Shown here: piece after piece, positions 28,494-38,157 of the stretch
Layout of the letters: every line of letters begins with the position of its first letter
Position numbering within the stretch: position 1 is the stretch's first letter
The notes under the pieces: model-generated
What the model was told of the DNA's origin: nothing
Database searches by the model: none
What the model saw: the letters and a program-made list of their open reading frames with translations, nothing else
Source of the DNA: Candidatus Woesearchaeota archaeon
Lineage (GTDB): Archaea; Nanobdellota; Nanobdellia; SCGC-AAA011-G17; PNOQ01
Direction: 5' to 3'
Assembly (NCBI GenBank): GCA_043812195.1
Contig: JBDRML010000016.1
Location: 64,001 to 128,000, forward strand
DNA length: 64,000 nt
Made by a program: the position numbers and the translations under genes

Positions 28494-29449
28494 ATGGAAG
28501 AAAAATTCCCATACGAAAAAATAAAAAGAAAAACATTGATAAAAAGAAAGGCAATTACAAACCCCAAATTTAAAGAAAATAGAAATCCAATTGAATATGG
28601 AATTGTAAACATAAACAAATTCAGTGGTCCTACGAGCCACAATACTACAGACTACATGAAAAAAATATTGCACATTAAAAAAGCTGGTCATTCCGGGACC
28701 TTAGTGCTATAAAACAAGGAAATCCTGGTGTAACTGGCACTTTAGTAATAGCAATAAATGATGCAACAAGAGTAGTTCAAACCCTATTAAAAGGTGGAAA
28801 AGAATATATTTGCTTAATGCATATCCATAAACCAGTAGAAGAAAAAACAATAAGAGAAGTTATGGATAAATTCATAGGAAGCTTAACACAAAAGCCACCA
28901 GTAAGATCAGCAGTTAAAAGGGTAGAAAGACAAAGAGATATTTATTATTTAAATATTTTAGAAATAGATAAACAAGATGTTCTTTTCAAAGTTGGATGTC
29001 AAGCAGGAACTTACATCAGAAAACTATGTGACCAAATTGGAAGGAAATTGGGAACAGGTGCAAACATGACTCAATTAGTAAGAACAAGAGTAGGGCCTTT
29101 TAATTATAAAGACTCAAAAACACTTCACGAAATAAAAGATGCATTTGAAGAAAAAAAATTAGATAAAATTATTCTCCCAGTAGAATCAGCAATTCAACAC
29201 TTACCAAAGATTTGGATAACAGACACAACAGTAGATCCTGTTTGTCATGGTTCAGATTTAGCAATTCCAGGAATTTCAAAACTAGAATCAAACATAAATG
29301 AAGATGACACAGTTGCAATCCTAACATTAAAAGATGAATTAGTCTGTTTAGGCATAGCAAAACTAACAGACAAAAAAATAATGGAAAATGAAAAAGGAAT
29401 TGCAGTAAAAACAAAAAAAGTTTTCATGATAAGAGGAACTTACAAATAA
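28494..29449 (+). CDS. cbf5: Pseudouridine synthase Cbf5; exons 28494-28704 and 28722-29449, 312 aa after splicing
   Basis: NKFSGPTSH..KAGHSGTL|DPGVTG..KEYIC..QKPPVRSAV..GTYIRKLC plus PUA domain; removing 17 nt joins the two track ORFs; SD GAGGAGGT before ATG 28494. Confidence 0.93.
28705..28721 (+). other. 17-nt BHB pre-mRNA intron in cbf5
   Basis: GGA-CCTT-AG^T-G...C-AAGG-AA^A-TCC is a canonical BHB; removal restores GAT (Asp) and the reading frame. Confidence 0.88.
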
Positions 29450-29551
29450 ATTAATAAAATTCAACTTCTCCGTGGTTACACAATGTTTAAATAAGAAAAA
29501 ACTCAAAATTAAATTAACATAGTTATAAAATTCAAAAGGAGGTAAAACTTA

Positions 29552-29902
29552 ATGGCAAAAAAAGGTAGAACTCCATGGGACAAATGGTCATTTAATCTGG
29601 CATGGATATTAGCAGTCCTTTTAGCATTAGGTGGATCATTCGGATTAGCATTTACATCCGGAAGTTGGTGGCCACTAATATTGTTAATCTTAGGACTGGT
29701 AGTTGGTTTCATGCATTCATTAAAAGACGTTACACCAATGGTATTACTAGTATTAGCAGTTGCTATATTTGGAACATCAAGCCTAGCATTAATTCCATGG
29801 CTCGGAATTTTCGTTGCAACCGCAATAGCTCAGTTTATGGCATTCTTAACCCCTGCAGCATTAGTAATAGCACTAAGAAAGGTCTTTGAGATAATGAAAT
29901 AA
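29552..29902 (+). CDS. Small four-TM membrane protein
   Basis: Hydrophobic; LILGLVVGF..F.TPAALVIAL pattern; SD AGGAGGT. Confidence 0.75.
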   Translation: MAKKGRTPWDKWSFNLAWILAVLLALGGSFGLAFTSGSWWPLILLILGLVVGFMHSLKDVTPMVLLVLAVAIFGTSSLALIPWLGIFVATAIAQFMAFLTPAALVIALRKVFEIMK

Positions 29903-29977
29903 ATTTCCATTTTTATTTTTTTATTTTTAATTCTAAAAAAGAAAGATTTTAATACTGATTAAGAAAGTTATCAAAGT

Positions 29978-31573
29978 ATGACTAGTAATACCCATTGGGC
30001 AACTAAAGCAGCAGAAAACATAATACATAAGTACCCTCACAAAAAGATATACACACTAGCTGCTGGAATTTCTCCAAGTGGAACAGTCCATATAGGAAAT
30101 TTTAGAGATTTGATCACAGCAGAAACAGTAGAAAGAGAATTAAAAAAGAAGGGTAAAAAAACAAGATTTATTTTCTCATGGGATGATTATGATAGATTCA
30201 GAAAGATACCAAAAAATATTCCTTCAGAATTTGAAAAATATTTAGGATTACCTTTATCAAAAATACCAAGTCCGTTCAAAGGAAAAGAAAAATCATATGC
30301 CGAGCATTTTGAAAAAGAATTAGAAAAATCTCTTACCAAACTAGGAATAAATCCAAAATTTATATACCAAACACAGATGTATGAATTAGGAAAATATAGA
30401 AAAGGAATCATAACTGCTATGAAAAAAAGAAAAATCATAGCAGAAATATTAGCAGAATTCAGAACACAGGGATTCACTAAAGAAGAAATAGAAAACTATT
30501 ATCCTTTAGAAATATATTGTGAAAAATGTAAAAAAGATACAACAAAAATTACATCTTTCGATGAAAAGAACACAATTGTAGAATATACATGCTCGTGTGG
30601 TTATCAAACCAAAGTAAATATATCAAAAAAAGATATCGGAAAACTACAATGGAAAGTAGACTGGGCAATGCGTTGGGCATACGAAGATGTCTGCTTTGAA
30701 CCAGGCGGACAAGATCATTCTTCCCCTCAAGGAAGTTACCAAGTATCAAAAAGAATTGCAAAAAAAGTATTCAACATAGAACCACCCATATACCAACCAT
30801 ATGACTTTATTGGTCTATCTGGACTATCTAGTAAAATGTCAGGATCAACTGGAATAAACATAAGCCCAGAAGAAATGTTATTAATATATGAACCAGAATT
30901 ATTACGGTGGTTATTCTTAAGAGTATTACCAATGAAAAGATTCAACTTCTGTTTCGATTCAGAAATAATAAGGCAATATGAAGAATTTGATAAAGAAATA
31001 AAAAAATATTTAGAAAAAAAACTAAGTGAAGAAAAAGAAAAAGCATTAGAATTATCACAATCAAAAACAAATTTCATTAAAAAAAATAACATTCCTTTTA
31101 GACTTATATCCAGTATAGGCCAACTAACTCAGGGAAACTTAAAAGAAATAAAAAGAATATTAAAAGACTTAAACACTAAATATAATAAAGAATCCATAAA
31201 AAGAAGATTAATACTATCTGAAAATTGGTTAACAAAATATTCTCCAGAAAATAAAATTATGCTTTTAAAAGAGGCAGACAAAAAATATTTCAAAAAATTA
31301 AGCAAAGATGAAAAAAAACAAATTGAAAATTTCTTCTTAGAAATAGAAAAAAATTGGGAACTGGAAAAATTAACCAACTTAACATATAAAATCCCAAAAA
31401 AAGAAGGATTAAGTGAAATTGAAATCAAAAAAAGACAAAGGTTGTTTTTTAAAAATGTTTACATGTTATTAATAGGAAAAGAAACTGGACCAAGATTGGC
31501 AACCTTTATGATTTCAATTGGTAAAAAGAAAATAAAAGAAATGACAAAAGAAATCATTCTGAAAAAAGAATAA
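29978..31573 (+). CDS. lysS: Lysine--tRNA ligase, class I
   Basis: GISPSGTVHIGN, KLQWKVDW.MRW, KMSGS, GPRL. Confidence 0.96.
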   Translation: MTSNTHWATKAAENIIHKYPHKKIYTLAAGISPSGTVHIGNFRDLITAETVERELKKKGKKTRFIFSWDDYDRFRKIPKNIPSEFEKYLGLPLSKIPSPFKGKEKSYAEHFEKELEKSLTKLGINPKFIYQTQMYELGKYRKGIITAMKKRKIIAEILAEFRTQGFTKEEIENYYPLEIYCEKCKKDTTKITSFDEKNTIVEYTCSCGYQTKVNISKKDIGKLQWKVDWAMRWAYEDVCFEPGGQDHSSPQGSYQVSKRIAKKVFNIEPPIYQPYDFIGLSGLSSKMSGSTGINISPEEMLLIYEPELLRWLFLRVLPMKRFNFCFDSEIIRQYEEFDKEIKKYLEKKLSEEKEKALELSQSKTNFIKKNNIPFRLISSIGQLTQGNLKEIKRILKDLNTKYNKESIKRRLILSENWLTKYSPENKIMLLKEADKKYFKKLSKDEKKQIENFFLEIEKNWELEKLTNLTYKIPKKEGLSEIEIKKRQRLFFKNVYMLLIGKETGPRLATFMISIGKKKIKEMTKEIILKKE

Positions 31574-31639
31574 TAAACCTTATAAACCCCCCATTCTCTC
31601 TTAAAATACATTAAAACGCATTTAGGAGGTGCAACTAAT

Positions 31640-31801
31640 ATGTTGATTGTAAAATCAAAAATAAAGGAAAATGTTGGTGACTTAAATGTATCAAGTGACT
31701 TCGCAACTGCGCTTGATGGAACTATTAAAGACTTAATAGAAAAAGCCGCTGCAAGAGCAAAAGCCAACGGTCGAAAGACAGTGCAAGCCCGCGATCTTTA
31801 G
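31640..31801 (+). CDS. Minimal 53-aa histone-fold protein
   Basis: MLIVKSKIKE...NVSSDF..AL...IEKAAARAKANGRKTVQARDL; SD AGGAGGTG; missing from the ORF track. Confidence 0.88.
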   Translation: MLIVKSKIKENVGDLNVSSDFATALDGTIKDLIEKAAARAKANGRKTVQARDL

Positions 31802-31826
31802 ATCGTGGCTTTTTATTTCTTTTTTA
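31790..31826 (+). terminator. Hairpin plus T-tract after the histone gene
   Basis: CGCGATC-TTTA-GATCGTG stem over the stop codon, followed by T-runs. Confidence 0.5.
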
Positions 31827-31900
31827 TTATATATTCTTTAATATAGATTGACAAGTACCTACATAGAGTTTATAAATAAATTTCTCCATTAAAGAGATAT

Positions 31901-32848
31901 ATGGAGATAGGTATAGATTCATCAATTGAATGCAAAATTTGTCAAAAAAACATGAAGACAATTACAAATAGCCACTTAAAAAAACATAATATAACACCTA
32001 AAGATTATAAAAAAAGATTTTCAGTAACTAAACTTCAAAGCGAAGATAGTAATAAAAAATTTATAAATTCTATGACTGGGAGAAAACTTCCTGAAGAACT
32101 AAAAAGAAGGCTTTCTAAAATCCATAGGGGAAAAATCATTAAAGAAGAAACTAGAAGAAAAATAAGTAACACCCTTAAAGGAAGAAAAGCAAGCAAAGAA
32201 CGTATAGAAAAATTAAAAGAATTTTATAAAATTCACGGGTGTTCAAATAGGGGAAGAAAACATACTGAGAAAACAAGAAAAAAGATAAGTGAATCCGGAA
32301 AGGGAAGAATCCCGTGGAACAAAAACAAAAAGTGTTTTTATAAAATAAAAATAAGTAAAAAACTAAAGGGAAGAAAATTAAGCTTGGAGACCAGGAAAAA
32401 AATGAGCATAGCGTTCAAAGGAAGAATAATGTCAAAAGAAGCCAAGGAAAAAATGAGTATTGCAAAAAAAGGAGTACCACTATCATTCGAACATAGAAAG
32501 AAAATTATGGAATCACAACGGAGATGTCCAAATAAATTCGAAAAGACATGTATAAAATTATTTAAAGAAAACAATTTACCCTTAGAATATGTGGGAGATT
32601 ATAGAAACAAAAAATTTTTTATAGGGGGAAAGGTTCCGGACTTCGTATCAACAAACAACAAAAAAGTGATAATAGAAGTATTTCATGATTATTTCAAAAT
32701 TAGACAATATGGTTCAGTAGAAAACTATAAAAAAGAAAGAAAGAAAATATTCTTTGAATATGGATGGAACACTTTATTTTTTACATATTATGAAATAAAT
32801 TCAAATCCTAATAAATGCATATCAACTATAATGGAGGAACTAAAATGA
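31901..32848 (+). CDS. NUMOD3-repeat protein with a C-terminal Vsr/DUF559-like endonuclease (homing-endonuclease-like)
   Basis: N-terminal CKIC..HLKKH Zn finger; many G(R/K)K.S.ETR.K(I/M)S repeats; PDF..IIEV...YF nuclease motif. Confidence 0.8.
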   Translation: MEIGIDSSIECKICQKNMKTITNSHLKKHNITPKDYKKRFSVTKLQSEDSNKKFINSMTGRKLPEELKRRLSKIHRGKIIKEETRRKISNTLKGRKASKERIEKLKEFYKIHGCSNRGRKHTEKTRKKISESGKGRIPWNKNKKCFYKIKISKKLKGRKLSLETRKKMSIAFKGRIMSKEAKEKMSIAKKGVPLSFEHRKKIMESQRRCPNKFEKTCIKLFKENNLPLEYVGDYRNKKFFIGGKVPDFVSTNNKKVIIEVFHDYFKIRQYGSVENYKKERKKIFFEYGWNTLFFTYYEINSNPNKCISTIMEELK

Positions 32849-33234
32849 CATCAAAGAGTAAGGGAACTCGATATGAGCGAGAATTGCTACATATGTTCTA
32901 CAGTACAAATTCATGGATTGCTAGTAGGATGGCTGGTTCAGGCTCAATTCCAATTCCCTCTCCAGATTTAATAGCAGGTTATAAAAACAGATCTCTAGCA
33001 ATAGAATGCAAGGCTCTCAAAAATTGCTATTATCATTTCGCAGAATTTAAGATTAAAGAATTACTAGAATTTTCAAACAAATTTGGAGCAGAACCATGGC
33101 TAGCTATAAGATTCAATAATAAGGGCTGGCACTTCATAAAACCTGAGGATTTAAAAGTAAGCCCAAAAGGATATTCTGTAAATCTAGAACTATTAGAAAC
33201 AAAAGGAATTAAATTTAATGATTTGATAAAATAA
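32845..33234 (+). CDS. hjc: Holliday junction resolvase Hjc
   Basis: SKGTRYEREL..RMAGSG..PDLIA..AIECK; start ATG 32845. Confidence 0.93.
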   Translation: MTSKSKGTRYERELLHMFYSTNSWIASRMAGSGSIPIPSPDLIAGYKNRSLAIECKALKNCYYHFAEFKIKELLEFSNKFGAEPWLAIRFNNKGWHFIKPEDLKVSPKGYSVNLELLETKGIKFNDLIK

Positions 33235-33271
33235 CAAAACTTTTTAATATCATTCAACTATCTAAAATAAA

Positions 33272-34702
33272 TTGAAAATAATAATTACAATATTTATTCT
33301 CCTAATAACACTGCAAACAGTAGAAGCTTTAACAATAAACGAAATAAACTACAATCCAGAAGGAAATGATAACAATAGAGAATACCTAGAAGTAATAACA
33401 GAATTAAACTTAACTGGTTTCATAATTCAAGACGCAAACTCAGAGGACATTTTAGAACCATTAAAAGAAATTAATTCAACATACGCATTAATAGTAGAAG
33501 AAGGATTTGATTATACAAATATCAATGCTTCAATATATTCAGCAGGTGCAGCAATTGGAAATAATTTAAACAATGATGAAGACTATATAATAATAAAAAA
33601 TAACACAGAAATTCTTGATGTAATCCACTATTATGATTATTGGGGAGCAGACAACAATGGAAAATCATTATGCAAACTTCCAGATTTAACAGGTTCATGG
33701 CAAGAATGTGCTCAAACTCCAGGTTCAATAAATTCAGAATTCATGCAAGATTATACAATTAAAATATCAGAATTCTTACCAAATCCAGAAGGAGATGACA
33801 ATGCACCAATGCCAGATGGAGAGTGGATAGAATTATTCAACTATGGAACTATACCTATAGACTTAACAAGTGTAATCTTAAAAGACAATGCAAACCATAA
33901 AATCATAATATCATCAACAACTACTTATAACCAAACTATACAATCAAATAATTATCTAGTAGTTTACACAAACGGCTTTTCAGGATTCCTCAATAATGAA
34001 GATTTAGAAAAAGTAAAGTTATATGATCCAAATAATAATTTAATAGAAGAAATGAGCTACACAGATTCAATAGAAGGAAATTCATGGTCAAAAATAGATA
34101 ATTATTGGAAAATGACAAAACCAAGTCCAAATAAAGAAAATTACAAAGAAGACCAAGAAAAAGATTCAACAATAGAAATAGCAACAATATATTTAGGAAA
34201 TGATAACCAAGCAAGATTTGGAGATAACCTAAGAGTTAAAGTAGATGTATACAAAGGAGATGAAACTAAAAATGTTATTGAAGCTTACATAGAAAGAAAT
34301 GATAAAAAAGTAAGTAAAATAACAAAATTCAACATAGAAAAGAAATACTCAGAAAACACATTAACAATTCCAATTCAAATTATTCCAAACTGCAACCTAA
34401 AAGAACCTGAAGGAAATTATAAATTAATAGTGAATGGATTAGGAACAAATGATAAAGAAGATATAAAAATAGAAGGAATTACAAAAGATTTATGTGAAGA
34501 AATAAAAATAATAAAAGAACAGTCAACATCAGAAAAAATAGGTTCCGAAAACATTATAAACGAACCACAAAGTCAAATTATTAGTAATCCAATAATATAC
34601 GAATCAACATCAGAAAAAGCAAATAAACAAGCAATATACTTTTTTAGTATAGCACTGATATTAACCCTAATTCAATCACTAAGAAAAAAATGGAAACCAT
34701 AA
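33272..34702 (+). CDS. Lamin-tail-domain surface protein
   Basis: Two INEI.YNP / ISEF.PNP..EWIELFN..TPG modules; signal peptide; C-terminal TM. Confidence 0.85.
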   Translation: MKIIITIFILLITLQTVEALTINEINYNPEGNDNNREYLEVITELNLTGFIIQDANSEDILEPLKEINSTYALIVEEGFDYTNINASIYSAGAAIGNNLNNDEDYIIIKNNTEILDVIHYYDYWGADNNGKSLCKLPDLTGSWQECAQTPGSINSEFMQDYTIKISEFLPNPEGDDNAPMPDGEWIELFNYGTIPIDLTSVILKDNANHKIIISSTTTYNQTIQSNNYLVVYTNGFSGFLNNEDLEKVKLYDPNNNLIEEMSYTDSIEGNSWSKIDNYWKMTKPSPNKENYKEDQEKDSTIEIATIYLGNDNQARFGDNLRVKVDVYKGDETKNVIEAYIERNDKKVSKITKFNIEKKYSENTLTIPIQIIPNCNLKEPEGNYKLIVNGLGTNDKEDIKIEGITKDLCEEIKIIKEQSTSEKIGSENIINEPQSQIISNPIIYESTSEKANKQAIYFFSIALILTLIQSLRKKWKP

Positions 34703-35106
34703 AAGTAAAAACAATAATAGAAATTGTAGGAACTCCAAAAGAACATGTAGAAGAAACTATAAACAAAGTTGTAACTTTAATCAATGAAAATAAAAAATTC
34801 GATTTAATATCTCAAGACGTGGCAGAAATAAAAGAAGTAGATTTAGTAACAGATGTCAAAAACGTATGGTCAAGTTTTGGTGAATTTGAAATAGAATTCA
34901 AAAATATTTTAGACTTAACAGATTTCTGCTTTGAGTTCATGCCATCTTCAGTAGAAATTATAGAGCCAGAAATAGTAAAAACAGATGGAAAAGATTTAGG
35001 ACAATCATTAAACGATTTTTTAGCAAAATTACATCAATATGATATGACCCTTAAAAAAATTATTCTACAACAAAGAGCAAATCTCAAGAAGCAAAACGAG
35101 AAGTAG
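34690..35106 (+). CDS. Conserved archaeal hypothetical protein
   Basis: IIEIVGTPKEHVEE..S.FGE.E..FMPSSVEIIEP pattern. Confidence 0.7.
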   Translation: METIKVKTIIEIVGTPKEHVEETINKVVTLINENKKFDLISQDVAEIKEVDLVTDVKNVWSSFGEFEIEFKNILDLTDFCFEFMPSSVEIIEPEIVKTDGKDLGQSLNDFLAKLHQYDMTLKKIILQQRANLKKQNEK

Positions 35107-36334
35107 GCAACCAAAACCCCTTATTTTGTTTTTTTCTATGTTTAATATAAAGAATATAAATCACAAATAAAATTACAGCAAAAATAAAACCAAATAAAAT
35201 CCAATAATTAGTTTCACCATCTTCTTCAGTTTCCGGCTCATAATTCTCTTCATCACCAATAAAGATAGAATCATCTGGAAGAACAACATCAGGAACAGAT
35301 TCTTCAACAAAATAAATATCAAAAACAAACTCTTTAACATCCCCATAATTCATAATTAACTTACCTGTATAATATCCTAAAGCATTTTTATCACTATTTA
35401 AACGCACATTTTGTTTAGCAATCTCACCAGGACTTAAAATATCTAAATTAGAATACCCTAATGAAGAAATCAAACTAATGTTCCCTTCCAAACTAAATTC
35501 TATATCTTCAACTGTTAAATTACCTTTATTCTGAAACTCTATAGAAATATACTTAGACTTATTTTTATTTATTGTTATATTAATAAAATCTTGTTCAGTT
35601 AAAAATTCAATAGAAACACCTTCAATACTAATATTTTCTTCAGGAGTATTATTAATTGGAGTTTCATTCTTTACAGCAACACCTTCACCACCTAACCAAA
35701 TAGGAATAGAATAACTACCTCCATTATAATTAATACTCAAATATTTTGTATCAACATCACCTATTAATTCACTAACATAAACATCTAAATAACCACTAGT
35801 AGACAAAGGCAATTCATCTTCAGACAAACTAATATATTCACTATCAACAGAAAAATCAACTAAAGTAAGTTCTCCATGATTATACAAATAAATATTAAAT
35901 GTATTTTGACTATCTAAATCATCAGCCATTATAATTCCAGGATCCACAGAAATAACAGTCTCCTTTTCAACAATTGTAAAATCTGCAGAAAAATCACCTT
36001 GAACCAATAATCCATTCTCATTAGTATAAATTACATCTTCAACAACAATAGAATAATTATCTAAATCTAAATCAATTGGCAAATTAAAATAAACATAATA
36101 ATCATCTTTTAACTTATTCAAAAAAGGTGTTACAGAAACTCGATTCATAGAACCATCAATTAATTTTATATTATTAATAGACAATTCTTCTTCAATTTCA
36201 TCAATAATAAGATATGCCTGCAAAGTTTCTCCAGCTGCATATTCAGTTTTACCCAAATTTATTTCAACAGCAGAACCATAAACAGAAAATAAAAAACAAG
36301 ACAAAACTAAAGCAACCAACAGAATTAGTTTCAT
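35084..36334 (-). CDS. Ig-like surface protein with C-terminal TM
   Basis: Signal peptide, beta-rich repeats, TM plus basic tail. Confidence 0.7.
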   Translation of the reverse strand: MKLILLVALVLSCFLFSVYGSAVEINLGKTEYAAGETLQAYLIIDEIEEELSINNIKLIDGSMNRVSVTPFLNKLKDDYYVYFNLPIDLDLDNYSIVVEDVIYTNENGLLVQGDFSADFTIVEKETVISVDPGIIMADDLDSQNTFNIYLYNHGELTLVDFSVDSEYISLSEDELPLSTSGYLDVYVSELIGDVDTKYLSINYNGGSYSIPIWLGGEGVAVKNETPINNTPEENISIEGVSIEFLTEQDFINITINKNKSKYISIEFQNKGNLTVEDIEFSLEGNISLISSLGYSNLDILSPGEIAKQNVRLNSDKNALGYYTGKLIMNYGDVKEFVFDIYFVEESVPDVVLPDDSIFIGDEENYEPETEEDGETNYWILFGFIFAVILFVIYILYIKHRKKQNKGFWLPTSRFAS

Positions 36335-38112
36335 TTTTTGTCTTTTCTAAGTAACTCCCTTGCCTTCTTCAAGGATTCATCTAATTGTTTTTCTAACGCA
36401 GTCTCAGCACCAGAACGTTGAGGTCTAGGTTGCATTCTAGGTTGAGCCATTGCAGCAGATCTTGCAGGAACCCTCTGTCTAGTCATAGGATAACTAGGTT
36501 GAACAGGTTTATAGACCCCTTTTCCTTTTCCAAATTTACCCTTAAAAAATTTATTATAAGCAAAGTAAAATGCGATAGCAGCAACTAATACAATAATACC
36601 AACTATTAACCAAACAATGCCAGAACCCTTATCCTTTTTTTCACAATCTCCAGAGTCTATATTACATTCATAACCATCTTGACATTCACTATCTGTTCTA
36701 CACTCTGGTTCTTTTTGATCTTTATTTACACAAGTATTAGTAAATAAATCACAACGCAAATTAGAACCAACGCAATCTATATCACTATTACACCTTCCAG
36801 GAGGAAGGTCACCAGCTACACAAACACAATCAGGAGTACAATCATATTCATATCCTTTATTACTACAATCCTCTTTTAAAACACAATCATCAGTTTTAGA
36901 ACATCCAGCTTGGCTATTTGGAGTACACTTATTATATCTACATGTAAATCCTATATTACAATCATCATTAATTGTACATTCATCTCCTTCACCACCCTCA
37001 TCACCATCGTCATCATCGTCATCATCGTCATCATCTCCATCAGTCTGTCCTAAATCTCTACTAAAAGCAGCATACAAAACAACAGAAGTAGTTAAAATGT
37101 CACCACCCCAAGAACCATCGTCTCTTTGTTTAAACTTCAACCACTCTAAAGCCTCAGAAGCTGCAGCGCCATTTCCTTTCTTCAAGGCCATATAAGCAAT
37201 TGCAGTTTGAAACTCATCACCATCAAAACTACCATCACTTTTCTGTAAATCAACTAATCTAGAAATACTTTCTCCAGTAACTAAATACAACAAACTAAGT
37301 TCAACAACAGCATCATGACATTGAGATCTCAAATAAGGCTCACTATAAGTATCTTCTCTCATTAAATCTAAAGACCATGCAGCAAATGCAGTGTCAGTAC
37401 AACTACACTGATGTCCACTACCAAAACATCCATTCTCAATAACAAAAGGCCTATCTTCATCAACTATATAATATTCATTATTATAAGTTCTAAACAATAT
37501 AGAAGGACTAACTCCTCCTAAAAAACAAGAAATATCCATAGATTCATTTAAATCAGCAGAATTCCCCTTAATACATTCTTCAAAATCAACCCAATTAGGA
37601 TCAGAAAGATAACAGTCATCTGTACTTACATCAGTTCCATTAATAATAAATTCAAAAGTATCACCATCATAAGTAACCTTACACTGGCCTTCTTCATCAT
37701 TAACTAAAAATTGTATTAACCATCTACCATCGCTTAAAGCAGTAAACTGTTCATCTAGTAGCCATTCAATATTGTCATCAACATCATTTCCTTCTTTCCA
37801 CAAAGTAAGAGTAGCCAAAGCACTACTAGAAATACTATCCCAATGATCATTACTCTCTTGGTCTTTTAATTCAGCAATACCATTAGTTACATCATAACCT
37901 TCATTTCTCAATGCCAAAATAGTAAATGCTAAAGCATCAGTAGATAACTCCCAATCTTTATCAACAGTCTTATTATACAACCAATCAAAACCTTTAGAAG
38001 AACTATAACTTACATTAGATGCAGCATTCACAAAACTAATGCTAATTAAAAATATAATAAAAACTATTCCACCTAACAAAAACCTCTTTTTAGTATCCAT
38101 GTATCTACTCAC
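36331..38112 (-). CDS. Prenyltransferase/squalene-oxidase-repeat surface protein with Cys-rich repeats
   Basis: Q.DGS(F/W) repeats, poly-Asp linker, C..D.DC repeats, TM, cytoplasmic tail. Confidence 0.75.
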   Translation of the reverse strand: MSRYMDTKKRFLLGGIVFIIFLISISFVNAASNVSYSSSKGFDWLYNKTVDKDWELSTDALAFTILALRNEGYDVTNGIAELKDQESNDHWDSISSSALATLTLWKEGNDVDDNIEWLLDEQFTALSDGRWLIQFLVNDEEGQCKVTYDGDTFEFIINGTDVSTDDCYLSDPNWVDFEECIKGNSADLNESMDISCFLGGVSPSILFRTYNNEYYIVDEDRPFVIENGCFGSGHQCSCTDTAFAAWSLDLMREDTYSEPYLRSQCHDAVVELSLLYLVTGESISRLVDLQKSDGSFDGDEFQTAIAYMALKKGNGAAASEALEWLKFKQRDDGSWGGDILTTSVVLYAAFSRDLGQTDGDDDDDDDDDDGDEGGEGDECTINDDCNIGFTCRYNKCTPNSQAGCSKTDDCVLKEDCSNKGYEYDCTPDCVCVAGDLPPGRCNSDIDCVGSNLRCDLFTNTCVNKDQKEPECRTDSECQDGYECNIDSGDCEKKDKGSGIVWLIVGIIVLVAAIAFYFAYNKFFKGKFGKGKGVYKPVQPSYPMTRQRVPARSAAMAQPRMQPRPQRSGAETALEKQLDESLKKARELLRKDKK

Positions 38113-38157
38113 AACATAATTAAGAGTAAATTATTTAAAAAGTTATTGTTTTAGAGT

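Noticed and set aside
28410-29449. cbf5 as a pseudogene or programmed frameshift
   Set aside because: The extra 17 nt form an exact BHB whose removal restores the catalytic Asp; both halves are otherwise intact
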